DNA from: Geosiphon pyriformis uo1
Lineage: Eukaryota; Fungi; Glomeromycota
Assembly: GCA_016748015.1 (NCBI GenBank)
Contig: JAAOMT010000706.1
Coordinates: 324,807 to 388,806 of the forward strand
Direction of reading: 5' to 3'
DNA: 64,000 nucleotides
In this document: positions 1-13,258 of the stretch, piece by piece
How the letters are laid out: each line of letters starts with the position of its first letter
Numbering within the stretch: the first letter of the stretch is position 1
Position numbers and translations under genes: made by a program
The notes under the pieces: model-generated
The model's database searches: none
The model's input: only the letters and a program-made list of their open reading frames with translations
What the model was told of the DNA's origin: nothing

Positions 1-3000
1 TCGATAAAATTAGAGACAATTTGAGGATTTTCATCTTGAAAGATATTGCTGTGTATGATTCCAATTTCTAATTTGTTTAATAAAACAATAGGGTAATTAT
101 TGGGGTTGTAGAATGTAACTCGAAATTTTTTCATTCCTTTGGGAATATAAACGTTTGGAATTAATATTTCATGGTTCAAACAGATTTGTTCATTGGATTC
201 AAAGATTTGTTGTGTAGTGGTGGGTTTTGAGCAAGTGTAAATTTCGTGATGTTCTCCAAAAAGTAAAATGGTAATTGGCTGAGGAAGTTGAAGAATCTGG
301 TGAGATTCATTTTGTGTATTAAGAACTATGTTTACTGGAACTGTAAATCGTCTAGTTAAACCAAAACCTTGAGTTCCTCTTTCACTTTTTCCCAATTGTT
401 CTCTGTTGTTTACTGATTGTAAACCCAAAATGTTAATTAAGGGTAAGTAAATTACTTGAGCAATTTTTTCAGTATGTTCAATTTTGAATGGTTTGTCTGT
501 CTCATTCTGTAACATGATGGTAATGTCTCCAGTGTATCCTGCATCTATAATTCCTCCTCTAATATTGATTCCTTTGCTTGCCAATGATGATCTGGAGGCA
601 ATTTGAACCATTGCTCCTGGTGGAATTTTAAGAGCAATTTTTAGATTGATTTTTGTCAAAGACTTTGGTTGGAGAATCAAAGTATCTTTTTCTGGGTATC
701 TCAAGTCATATCCAGCATCAATTTCGTGTGCTTTTTCTGGTCTGATTCCTTGGCCATGGTTGTCAAAATATTTAAGTTGTAGAGGTGNNNNNNNNNNNNN
801 NNNNNNNTGTTGTATGCTGCATCAAATGGTGTCCCTCTTCTGACTTTTTCCGAAATTGATAGAGCATATTGACAGGTTTGATCACATACTCCTCTTCTCA
901 TTGTTACATTAATTCAATTGCATTCTTCTGGTAGTATTTCTCCACATGTAAGACAAGATGTGTTGTCCCATTTTCCACTTCTTTTTGGAAATCCAAATTG
1001 TTCTTTATGGCATGCTTTGCAAAAGTAACAGGTATGAGTTTCATATTCCTCTTTTGGAGAAATACATGCTCCCATTGATGAAAGTTTTTTGTTGTAATCT
1101 TTGCATTTGAGTGGAATATAGAGTGGTTGTTTCTGTGGTTTTGGTGTAGAATATCTAACTTTCTTCCATTTCCTTGATTCTTCGAAAATCTCTTGTCCAG
1201 TTTCTTTAGCCCAATTGGATGTTAATCTAAGAGCCATGTAGGTTTCAATAAGTGGCATTTTTTTCTCCTCTTCAAATTCAAATACTGGAGCTTTTTCTGA
1301 TCGTTTGTTAAAGGTACCACAGGTTGCAGATACTATGATATATTGTCCTTGGTATGAGATTTTAAGTTCTTAAGTTTCCCAGTTCAGGTTTGCATTGGCC
1401 TTGAGAAGCCAATCATTTCCGACTAGAGCTTGGTATTAGGGTGCATCCATAACAAGAACTTTAACTGGAATGGTGATTCTATCAATTGAAAAAGGGAAAT
1501 CATCAATTTCTCTTACTGGAGTCTTCTTCATATCATCAGCTGTGACAATAACTGTTTGAGCTGGTCTGTCTATGTTTTGTTTGAGTTGTTGCATCAGCTG
1601 GTAAGTAATGATATTTCCAGCTGATCTACTATCTAAGATTAAGCAAATGGGTTTTCCTTTCACTATAGCTTCTGTGTACATAGCAGTAATTGCTTTCTGT
1701 TTATTGACTGCTGCATTACTAAGCAGAAATGGTGATTCATTTGCCTCAAATTCAAATGGAAATATATCTGACAGATTAGCATTTTGGGCAATTTGAGCTG
1801 GGGTTGGAAGAGTTTGATCTTGGTGCTGCAATTTCACCTTCAGAAAGTGCAGTTTGTTGAAAATCCGATTCCTCTGGTATTGTAAGATAACTGGGTTGAG
1901 TGTAATAGTGATTGGGTCTTTGCTGGCCCGAATTTCAGGGAACCAACTGGTTATTTGGATTGATTCTGTTGTGGTTATTCTGCAATTAATTGTGGGGTGT
2001 GAATTGGTTATGTTGAACCAATTTTCTTGCTGGTACTTGATATTGTTGAGTGGGTGATGTCTAATATGGCTGAATTGGTAAAGGTTGCTGATATTGTTGC
2101 TGCATTGATTGTGGAACTGGTGGATAGTAACTGTTTTGATTTTGTGGTCTTGGTGAATAATAAGTTGGTGGTGGAGATTGGTAATAGGATTGTTGTGGTG
2201 AAGAGTAATGTTGATTACTCCTGTTTTGTTGGTCTCTTTGTAATTTCCTACAATTCCATTTCCAGTGCCCTGGAATTCCACAATAATGACAATTTTGAGA
2301 TTGGTTGTTGGATGATGATCCAAAATTGTTTTGGTTGTGTCATTGTGGGGGTTGATATCTTTGTGGTTGTTGTTGGTTTGTGAAGTAGCTTTCAACTTTT
2401 TTTGTGAATTGGTCTATCTTCTTTTCAGCTGCTGAGCTGGTTTCTCCAATTGCAAGGTTTACAAGCTTGGTGTGATTTGTTTCTTCTATTGCCATTTCAT
2501 AGCTCTTTGCATGTCTAATAGCAGTTGCTAAGTCTGCTGGAGCATGTGAATGGACTTTCTTAATCAGTTTGTCTTTTAACCCTGCTATAAACTGATCCAG
2601 AATTTGAGCATCAGAATAGTAGTCATTGGTTTCCAATTGTCAGATTCGTCTAAGAAGTTTGTTAAATCTTCCAAGATAGGTCATAACAGATTCAGATGTT
2701 TCTTGTTTGATATTGTGAAAGTGGTTTCTGAGAGTGATAGAGGTATTGTTGTCAGTAAATTGTTGTAGAAAAGCATCTTTGAATGCTTGCCAGTTTTCAA
2801 ATAGTTCTTCTAAATTTTCAAACCATTTTTCTGCTGTTCTTTGGAGAAAGTAGGGAATTGTTTTGAGCATTCTTGCTGCAATCCAACCATTTGCATCTCC
2901 TGCTTTTTGAACTTTGTCAAGCCATTCTTGGGGACTGGTATCATTGTCTTCACCAGTGAATTCTGGAATGTTTGCAATGTAAGCAGTTGCCATTTTTTCT

Positions 3001-3710
3001 TTGTTTTCTGGAATTTTTTTTGGTTCTGATTCAGTTTCTTTACTTTCCAAGCTTTCTAAGTAATTACTTTCGTTTTCTTGTAAGTAATCAATGATATTGG
3101 CACTTGTTGATATTGGTTCCTGCTGTTGAGTAGGATTTCTAAGTGACTGAAAATCTTCTGGTCTGAAGAAATGGCTAAGTAGTGAACTTGGTGTTTGTGG
3201 TTAAACAAGTGAAATTGGAAATGGTGTAATAAAAAGTGGTAATTTGATACTGGTTCCTTGTTCAGGTGTTTGCAAGTGTTTGGCAGTTGTCTTTTGTAGT
3301 GTTGGAGTGTTTGGAGTGGTTCTTAAGTATTGCTTCAATCTTTGTTTGTCTTTATTGCTTGTTTTTGTCTCTGATTCAAAGTCAAAAGAGTATTTAGACT
3401 GTACTGGGTATTTTTCTTCACAATGCTTAATAATATTAAAATTAAGTTCTTGGAAGTAGGTAGCAAGTGTTTCACTGTTCAGATCTTCTGTTCTCAAATG
3501 TGAATAATGCACTAAATTATTGTAGAGGTTGCTTCTAACTTCTGAAATGTTGTAGTTTCCAAAAAGATAATTGTTGATGCAGTTTTCAATGTATTGGTAT
3601 ACTGATTTCTTTACAATTTCAATTCCGTCTGGAATGTTGAATTTTTGCTTGCAGTGAGTGTAAATTGACTGATAATACTCTAGAGTTGCTGTGTCTGGTG
3701 TGATTGCCAC
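1..3710 (-). pseudogene. Disrupted gag-PR-Zn-dUTPase polyprotein of copy A-I
   Basis: Track fragments 3201-3710, 2640-3050, 2340-2636, 1436-2395 (3' part), 914-1258 and 701-901, separated by CAA>TAA/CGA>TGA stops and small indels. dUTPase at about 355-760. Confidence 0.9.
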
Positions 3711-3737
3711 TTTGAATTTGTTGTTGCTGTGTTATTT

Positions 3738-3753
3738 CCGTGGGAGAGCACCA
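3738..3753 (-). promoter_or_regulatory. tRNA primer-binding site of A-I
   Basis: TGGTGCTCTCCCACGG lies 2 nt after the LTR end and is complementary to a tRNA 3' end ...GAGAGCACCA. tRNA identity not resolved. Confidence 0.85.
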
Positions 3754-3755
3754 AA

Positions 3756-4767
3756 TATTACCAGAGGTTTTTGGTCTCTTTTCTTAAATATTGGTAATGT
3801 TGATTTGCTGTGAATTCACGTTTTCAGGAAGTAGTTGAACCTCCAATAACTGAATTTATCTTCAAATTATCTTCTATAATTTGAACTGCTGGGCTTATAA
3901 GTGGAATGGCCAATTTCTTGCCAGTTACTTTATGTAGTTACATTGTAGTAAACGTCAACTCTTTCTCAGGAATTGCTTGTCTGGAAGCTCACTAAAATGT
4001 ATAGTTACTTTGCTGTGAAAGTCAACTCTTCTACAGGAATCTTGTCTGTAGACTACCCTAATGATTGTAATAGGAAAAGAAAAAAAAAATAAAAGAAATA
4101 TAAAAGAAATAGAATTTTGTCAAGAAAAATGTTTTCTATCCAGGCCTAGAGTCACTAACAGTTTATTGAAATTGGTAGCTAATCAATTTCGAAATGTTAG
4201 TTGGGTTTTTGGGGGTTTTTCCAAGTACAATAATTAAAGAATTTGGTTTTTCAAATTATTTGATATTTATTTCTTTTTGTGTGTATAGGAACGGTTTTAA
4301 GAGATAAATCTAAAGTAAGATACATTTTCCAGAAGAGAAAAGCTCTTCTTTTATACAACTTGTTGTAGTACTAGTTTATGAACTTGCACTTTTTCTCTTT
4401 GCCCAAATTCCGGCAAACTAAAGATACATTTTGATGAACTACAAGTTATTTTGCTGAACTATTGATTAATTTGGGTGAACTATTCATAATTTTGGCGAAT
4501 TTCTGTAAATTTCGGCGAATTTCTTATAAATTTCGGCAAATTTCTGTAAATTTCAGTGAATTTTGAATGTTACAAAGTTCAGGGTATTGTGTAATTTGAT
4601 CATCTTACTTTCTGTTATACTAATTAGATTATTTTAATTGAATTGTGATATGTGATAATTGATTAAATAATAAATGATAATTTGAAATAATATTAATATA
4701 CTAATGAATTATAGGAATTATAAGGGTAATTTCATGCTAATTAATAGTTAAAATTCTACTGGTAACA
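3756..4767 (-). repeat. 5' LTR of A-I (~1.0 kb)
   Basis: Inverted termini; homologous to LTRs at 31767, 37626, 56759 and 59374; internal tandem AATTTCGGCGAATTTCTGTA-like units at about 4490-4565. Confidence 0.95.
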
Positions 4768-6478
4768 CTGGCCATTATGTTGAAAAAAAAATTTGATGAA
4801 ATAATCATTCTGAGATACTACTGAAACAACTATTGAATCTTTGTTTATTATACAAAAAACTCTACCAAAATCTTTAGATCTACCAATACTATTAAGCTAT
4901 TGAGCACTAAGTTACAGATTTGTTATTAGTTTTCATACCCCAAATAATTATCTGTTACAGCATATTAAGATTACAGAAGTATTGTAAAAAAACAAGTTTA
5001 AAAGCAGCAAAGTTGGCTGGTTTTTTCTCAAAACTTTGATATTATAAATTTGTGGTTTCTGTCAAAAAAAACCATAGGGCTTGGATTTTTCTGGCCTCAT
5101 TCTAATTTTTGGCTTTAATTGCTTTTTTGGCTTCTGCAATCTAAGTATATGTATTTTTTTTTTTATTAAAGAATTTTTCTAGTTTAATGATATTTTTGTA
5201 AGCTATAATTTAAGTGATAAGAATTGGTGTGATTGTTGATAAAAAAGATATTGATAAAAGTAAATCTGGTTGCTTTGTTAAGTTTATGACTGGTTGTTTT
5301 TTTTTGTTAAGGTGGCCAATAAATTGTAAGATAGCAATTCTACTTAAGAGTGTAATAATTAATTTGTTTAGAAATAATGCTAATGGTTGTATCTAAAAAG
5401 AAGTAATTTTGCTGGTTTTACTGACTATTAAGGCAAGATTTTTAAACAATAATCTGTATTCTTCTAGGGATTTGGTCCAAAGATTTTGGTTATAGTCTTA
5501 AGAATACAAAATTTTGAGAGTTTTTGGAGTTTTTGATTGTGTTTTTGTGAATTGGTTAAGCAAAATTCTGTTTTTAGAAGTCTAATAATATAAGAAGGTT
5601 GTTAATAAGAGAAGTCTTAATTTTTTGTTAATTATAAGTCAAATTTTTTCTTGTATAGCTAGTATACTTTCATTTTTAGATTCAAATTCTTCAAAGTCTG
5701 ATCTCAATAATTGTTTTCTTTTTATTTAAGAATATTATTTGCTAGTGTATTTTTGGATTTTTTAATTAATTATTAAAAAAGTTTTGGCTATTGTTTATAT
5801 AGTAGTTGAAATTGAATATACTAATAATTTTTGATGTATTTGTTTTTTAAGTTTTTCAGTGTTTGTTGTTTGTCTTAATAAGTAGTTAATTTTAATATGT
5901 ATATAATAACAAAAATTATTTTCTGTGATAATGGTTTCTATTGATATTCCTAAGTTTTTTCTAAAGTATTAAAATAATGTTTTTTTATATAGTAAGTAAT
6001 TTTTTTCTATAGTTCTAATAGTTGCCACTTTGATAAATTTCTGGGGTTTTTTGTCTTTATGAATTTTATAATCTTACAAAAAACACCAAATGTTATAAAT
6101 AAACTTGGTAAAATATTGTAGTAATATTTGGTGTTCTAAATTTAGATAATAAGAGCTTGAAGACTTTTATTCCAGATATTTAAGATAAGTTATTTGATAT
6201 TAGTCTTTAAAAGTTTTTTGCTAGTTTTACTTGTAGAGTTTTTTAATTATAAAACACAAAAAGATATTTGACTATTTGTAGCTTAAGTATGTAAGCTATT
6301 TTTTCTAAGCTAATTAAGTACAGTTATTAGAGTTTAACAGTATTTTTTTATCTTTCTGGTAAGCTAACAAAATAATATTAATATTCAATCTTAAAAAAAA
6401 CTTCCCTTTTTTACCAGACTGTTATAAAGTCTATTCTCAAACAGTTAATTTTGCAATATTGTCACTCCACAAAAAGAG

Positions 6479-6573
<95 letters not shown>

Positions 6574-7197
6574 TAAAAGAAATTAATATTATTAATTACT
6601 GTAATTAAGCACAATTAATCCAAATCATTATTTGTTTAAGGCATTTTTATGCTAAAAGTATCTGGTTAAGAACAAAGATAAGAGAATAAGTAATTTGGTT
6701 TAAACACAAGATTTGAGAATTATGAATAAGTGATTTTTGGTTTCAAATATTTTTTATTTAAAATACTATAAATATATAGATAAAGTAGATCTAATAAATA
6801 TAAGTAAAGAATATATTTTTTATTTAATTATTTTCTTTGTTTGTTTTTTCTTTACTGCTAAAATTACTTATTTTTATACATATTTTTAGTTTTACAAAAT
6901 TGCTTTTTGATTGCTTGTTATCACTAATTATTACTTGCTATTTTTATTGTTGCTTTGTTTTTTTATACTATAACTAGTTATTTTATGTTATGATTAGTTA
7001 TTTTGTGCTATTTTACATTATTGTATTATCTTGTATTATCTTGAATTATAATATATTATTTTGTATTATTTTACATTATTACATTTTTCTATATTATCAT
7101 ATTTTCTAATTATGTTTTTTCAATATCTTTTGAATTTGTTTTTTCTATTCAGATAACAATAGTTAATATTTAAAACTAAACTAAAAAACTGTTAACA
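4768..7197 (-). mobile_element. Older degenerate LTR retrotransposon (family D): gag 5' region, decayed PBS and 5' LTR
   Basis: Decayed PBS/LTR junction AAACACCAAA|TGTTA at 6081-6095. The minus strand from GTG at 6028 resembles the family B N-terminal extension. 10-bp TATTATCTTG-like tandem at about 6980-7110. The right LTR boundary (TAACA at 7197) is uncertain. Confidence 0.65.
6479..6567. repeat. Poly(A) run (~89 nt) within the family D LTR
   Basis: Pure homopolymer at the position equivalent to the A-rich tract of the other LTRs; its length may be an assembly artefact. Confidence 0.85.
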
Positions 7198-7299
7198 CAA
7201 GTGCATTTAATTTTTTAGCCAATTCACTAATTTGTTTTACAAAATTAATAAAATTACTTTTTATTTTGTTAAATTACAATTCCAAATTACTTACAATTA

Positions 7300-10200
7300 T
7301 CAGAAAAAATTTAATTTTATTTAAAAAACTAAATTAAAAAAAAGCATTAAAAAGCACTTAAAAAAATTTATTAACAACAAACATCCAAGATTTATTTTTA
7401 AAAGCTACTAAATAAACAACAAAAACAGATTTTTTTGCATAGATTTAAGCCAATTTAAAACCAAAAAAAAAGTTTTTTTTCTTAAGTACTAGTTTATTAT
7501 TAACTAAACTATATTCAAAAAAAGTATAACTAAGCTTATTACAAATTAAGCAGAAAACCAAAAACAGATAAGACCAATAAAATACAATATTTTAATAATA
7601 AAGATTATAATAATTGTTTTAATTAAACTTTTCTTTAAATCAAAGTACATAATTGTACACTTAGTACAATTGTAACTAATAGAATTGCAATTAATTATAT
7701 AAGTTTTTTTTTTAATTAAATTAATAAAATCTTAAAGATTATAAATATTTGTTTTTACAAGAAATATATAAAACAAAATTTTAAACATATTTTTAAAATT
7801 TTATAATTGTTTATTTATATCAGTTTTAATTATACAAATTGTGTTTTTTTTAATAAAAATATACTATTTAAATACCAAATAATTAGCCTAATTTTAATTA
7901 GCTAATCCTATAATTATTTTTTGTTATAATCTTACTAATTGTATTTTGATTAACTTAATAATATCAAAATTAATAAATACAATTTATACAGTTCTTATAA
8001 ATTTTTTCACAAGAATTTTTTTTATAATTACTATTTAATTTATACAATTGTTTACCAGTTTTTTAAGATTAGTGTTTACTATAATATTATAATTATTTAC
8101 TAAATTTGTTATAATTAATATTGTCTTTTTAAAAATAAAAAATATCTGAATTATCTTATCAAATTTTGAAAAAGTAAAGACTTTTTCAAAATTATTAACA
8201 CCAAAAAAAAGATTTCTAATGATCTTTAATTTGTTTTAAAAAAAATTTCTATTAATTATTAACAAATTTATATTTAAAGCAAAAAATTTATAAAATACTA
8301 TTATTACTATTATTATTGTCATTAATATTAATTATATTCAAAAGTTTTCTTAATATTTGTTTTATCATTATTTTTTGGTTCTTTAAAAGTTATTTTGACA
8401 ATTTTATTAATAAACTTATTATTATTTTTAAGCTAAAAACTTGTTTTTTTAACAAAAAACTTTTTTTTATGTTTATATTCTTTGTTTAAGTGGTGTTTTC
8501 AGTTTTAAAATTAGCTGTTTTTTCAAATAACAAGTCATTTTTTAAAGTACTAGTATTAACAGTTACAATAAATCTTTTTAGAATACTATTTTTATGTTTT
8601 TTTTAGCCAATAAGTCTATAATACTTAAGTTAAAACCAGATTTTTTTTTAGTTTTTTTTATATTTAAATTATTATTAATACTAATAGTCTTATATTTGAA
8701 CAAAAAAAGTTTGGAAGTATCTAACTGAATAGCAAAAATAAAAAAAAATAAAAAAACTTTTTTCAAAAATAATGCACTTTTTCAGAAATTTGGAACATAT
8801 AAAAAAAATTTTTGTTATGTTTTATAATAATAAAAATAAAAGTAAGTAATTAAACTTTAAAAAAAATTTTTGTATATTAATTAATAATTTTTTTAAGAAT
8901 TTGTTTTTAAAATATTAATTTTAAAACAAAAAATACAATAATAAATCATATTATATTTTTAGAAACAAAAAATATAAAAGATGAAAAAAATACAAAATAA
9001 AATAAATATATTTCTTTTTACAATTTATTATATTTTCAAAAAACTCAAAAAATAATAATAATAAAGCAATATAAATAATAATTAGCCAAAAAAAATTACA
9101 AAAAATGCTTTAAAAATATCAAAACAGATTATATATAAAAATTTCTTAATTTTATTTAAATATTTAGCAATAAAGTTGACTAAAAAAAATGTTTTTTATA
9201 TTACTATTCAAAACTATTTATTTAATTATAATTATAAAAAAAGTTTTCCTAAACAACTATAACACTAATCAAAAAGCATAAGCAAAAATATATAAAATAG
9301 ATTAAAAAATATCTAAATAATAATTAAAAAATAACAATTTTTATTGATAAAACATCTTTTTAATTTTTTTAAAACATAATAAAATATTGTTATAAAAATA
9401 TTTAACTAATTTATTCTATGTTTAAAGATCAAACAAAAATTTTTGCATAAAAAATTTTTTGCAAAAAAAAAACTAGCTTATTTTATTTTGTTTAAATAAT
9501 AAATATTTAATTTTATATAGATATTTTTATAATTACTTATTAAAAATTAGAACAATATTGAAAGATAATTAATAATTTTAATAAGATAATAGTTTTAAAT
9601 ATATTAATAAGCTTATTAAAAAATTTATTATTAAGAATACAACTAAATTTTTAAAATAATTATCTAATAGTTTTAACTTAAATTTAATAAAAAATCTTTA
9701 GACTATTAAAAAAAATATAAAAAAAAATGTCTTAAAATTATAGTAAATTAAAAAAATTTATGAAAAAAAAGTGACAAAATATTTTTAAATTTATCTTAAT
9801 TGGATAAAATTAATAAAATAATATTGTAAAATAATAATTAAAACAAATAGTGAATAAATTTTTTATTAATTTTTTTAATAAATTTATATAATATTAAGTT
9901 TTTTAATAATAGTTGTTTTATTTAATATATTAATTAAAACATACTAATTATTTTTATATTTCTAATTTTTTTTACTAAATTATATAATGATAAAATTAAT
10001 TAAATTATAATTTATTTTAAACTAATAAATAATTATAAAATACATAATAATTTAAATTAAAGCAAAATTTTTTTTTATTATAACAAATTTTTTATGATTT
10101 TTTTTGTATAAAGTTAACAATTTTATAAGTATTATATTAATACTAAATTTATAACCAAAACAGATTAAATAAAAAATTAAATTAATTCTATATCTTATTT

Positions 10201-12400
10201 GACTGTAAATATTTTGTTAATAATACTATTTATATTAAAAACAGTTAAGTTATTATTTAATATATTCTTAATATTATAAGTAAATTTTTTAGAATTAATA
10301 ATATTTTAATTAATATTGACAAAATTATAATTATTTTTATTAATTAATAGATTGTTATCTATTAGTAATTTATTAATTATAATTGCTAAAAAAAGATTGT
10401 ACAAATATTTTAGTCTTTTTTTGTTAATAAATGATTTTTTTAAGTCTAATTTAACTAAAATCTATATTAATATTAAGTTTTTTGTTAATATAATTTTAAA
10501 AAAAAACAATTTTAACTAAACAATTTTCATATTTAGTTTTTATTTTGTTATAACTAATTATTAATTACAAATCTTAATTTAGTTTTGTTTTTAAAAGTAT
10601 ATATTAAAAATAAAATATAATAATTTAAAAAAGCTTGAAATTTAAAATTAATCTTTTAAAAAAATTTTCAAATAAGATTTTATATTATTATTTTTTTGTA
10701 TAATTTGAAATTTATTAAGCAAATTTAAATTAAAAATAAAATAATATTATTGTTAGTTTTTTTAAATGTTTTAAATATTGTTAACAGATTATTAATTATT
10801 ATTTTTTAAATTTACAAATTGTAAATTAGGCTTTTAAAAATTTATTGTGATTTTTTATTAAGTTAAAAATTAGTTTAATTAAAAAATTTTTAAATTAAAG
10901 TTATTTTAACAAATTTTTTGTTTATAGTTTTTTATTTAATAAATAGTATTTTTATATTAAATATTTTAAATCTTAAATTGTATTATAATATTGCTAATTT
11001 TTTTGTGATTAGAAACTGAATTTGATTATTTTATTTGTTAATTATAAGTTTAATTATTAGAATATTTATAATTTAAGTTATTTTTTTGTAATTAATAAAT
11101 ATTTAATAAAAACAAAACTACTTATTATAAAGATTTTTGCAAAAAATTTATTGTAAAATTTAAATTTACATAAAATAGTCTATAATATTTTAGTATTTTT
11201 TAAAAATTTAGACATAAATATTAATATTTATATTTTTGGTTTAATTTTATTAATATTAGTTAAATTACAAATTATTACTTTGGTTTTTAAATATATATTA
11301 ACTTTTAATTTGGTAAAAATTTATTTAAATAATTAAGTAATTTTAAATACTTGTATTTTTAAACTTATTTTGAAATTGCCAAATCTTTATAATTATTATT
11401 AAATAAAAATAAATAAATTATTAATTTTATTTATAAAAAAACATTTTAATTATTTAATCTAAATTTAAAAACTATTTTGATATTGTTAATAATAATAATA
11501 ATATATTAGCTAATAAAACTGCTTATTTATCTTTGTATTTTTTAGTTTTAATTAATAAAAATTTTTTTAAATAAAAAGTATTGTTGTTTTTAATAATATT
11601 TATTATTTTATTTATAATATATATTAATTTATTTATTGTATTTAATAAAAAATTGGACTGAATACTAATATAATAATTGAAAATATAATTAAAAATATAA
11701 ATTAAATTCATATTTTTATAATTTAACACTTTAATTTTTATATATATTTTGAATATATTAACAAATTTATAATTAATTTATGTATTTACTTAATAAAAAC
11801 AGTTTATAAATAATTATTTGTTGTTATTTAAAAGTATTTGTATAATAAATAATATCTTAAAACTATTTGTTTTTATTGTAAAAAAATGAAATTTTTAGAT
11901 TATGTTTTTATATACAGATTATATATTATAAGATATATAGAATTACTAACAAATTTAATTAAGTCTTAAAAATTAATTACATGTGTTTTGCTTTTATTAT
12001 TTTTGGTTTTATAGTTTGTTTTTTTAATAATATTTTGTATATTATGTTTTATAAAGATGTAATTTATTAAAATTATATTTGTTTTTAAAAATATTAAATT
12101 GGTTATTTTATATTTAAATACTATTACATAGTAATTAATATTAGATTATACAAAAAAAATATAATTGTATAAATTTAAATATAAAGTTGTAATAAAAAAA
12201 AGTAAACTAATTAGTAATAATAAGTTTAATTCTTATAGTTTTTGTAATTTACTTGTAAATTTGTTTAATAATTAATATATTAAATATTAATGAAGTTTTT
12301 GTAATTAATTTTGAATTGTGCAATAAATGTTTGTTTTTTTCAAATCTGAATAATAGTGTTAGTGTTTATATAAATATATAATATAGTTTTAATTGGTTTA
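7300..12400 (+). mobile_element. Extremely decayed LINE (RT + RNase H) relic
   Basis: 10201-10560 back-translates, allowing G>A/C>T, to the same FVDDT..TQYILNIASEFFRINDISIN..KTV RT segment as 30387-30698(-). About 11238-11300 matches the RNase H helix (LQ.IAL.L..V) of 29372-29614(-). Boundaries are approximate. Confidence 0.7.
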
Positions 12401-13258
12401 AATAGCTGGCAAGTACATAAATTATATTTAGTTATGAATACTTAGTTTGTTTATGTGGGTTAAACAGTAATTGGGCCACATTCGTAAAAGTTTTAATAAT
12501 AAAAAAATAGATGCAAAAGAATTATTTTTAGTTTATAACTTAATGTAATTTTAACATGACTTGTTACATATATGTTATGTTTAATATAAAACATGTACAT
12601 ATTAAGTAACACTTTATTAAAATAGTTTTTAAAAACAGTTTTATTATTTATTTGGTGTAAAATTAAATTACAAAATCTTTAATAATTAAAATATCAATTT
12701 TAAATTATTGTATTTGTTTATAATTTGATAAATAATTGATAATAATACAATTTTTATTTTATTTTTTGCTAAACATCTTTATTTTTTTTATAAAAATATA
12801 ACAAATTTTGCTATTAACAGGATTTATATCAATAATATTTTTTATTTTTGAAAAACGCTATACATTTACAAATTCACCTCTGATATTGCTAAAGTGTCTT
12901 ACTAAAACTTAGCTTTGGGTCTTTTTAACATAAATTGTATTTGGGCTTTGATCATCGTTATACAAGTAAAACGTATCTGTCAAGTTTTCTACCATCAATA
13001 ATAAGATTCAAAATTTATAAGAGAACCCTCTGTCCTCGACCACGACCTTTATCATTTATTATCAGTCTCAAAACAACTCGCTGACAAACCCTGTTTTCCT
13101 AAAGATACCAAAACCCTTTAGTCTTTCCACTGAACTGCCTCGAAAACTCGAAGAATTCAAAACACAATAAATTTTCATAAAAAAACCACCTATAAACACG
13201 GAATGAGGTAGGGTCATCCTAAGACTAAATTATTATCGACGCGGAACTAAATAACGGA

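Larger units (their letters stand above)
1..4767 (-). mobile_element. Ty3/Gypsy-type LTR retrotransposon family A, copy A-I (5' LTR, PBS, gag, protease, Cys-rich domain, dUTPase; runs off the left edge)
   Basis: LTR 3756-4767 with termini T(G/A)TTACCA...TGGTAACA and PBS TGGTGCTCTCCCACGG. Minus-strand ORF fragments match gag (IPEFTGED..PQEWLDKV), protease (LILDS.SAG) and dUTPase (DAGYDL..., GGIIDAGYTG) and are colinear with copies at 31.8, 57.7 and 59.4 kb. Inserted into the family D relic. Confidence 0.95.

Noticed and set aside
4490-4565. CRISPR-like array
   Set aside because: Short tandem units without unique spacers, located inside LTRs.
6479-6567. Poly(A) tail of a LINE or retrocopy
   Set aside because: It lies at the position of the A-rich tract common to these LTRs and has no TSD; probably slippage or an assembly artefact.
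8578-11729. Short K/N/I/F-rich ORFs (8578-8766, 11523-11729)
   Set aside because: Chance ORFs in AT-eroded LINE DNA.
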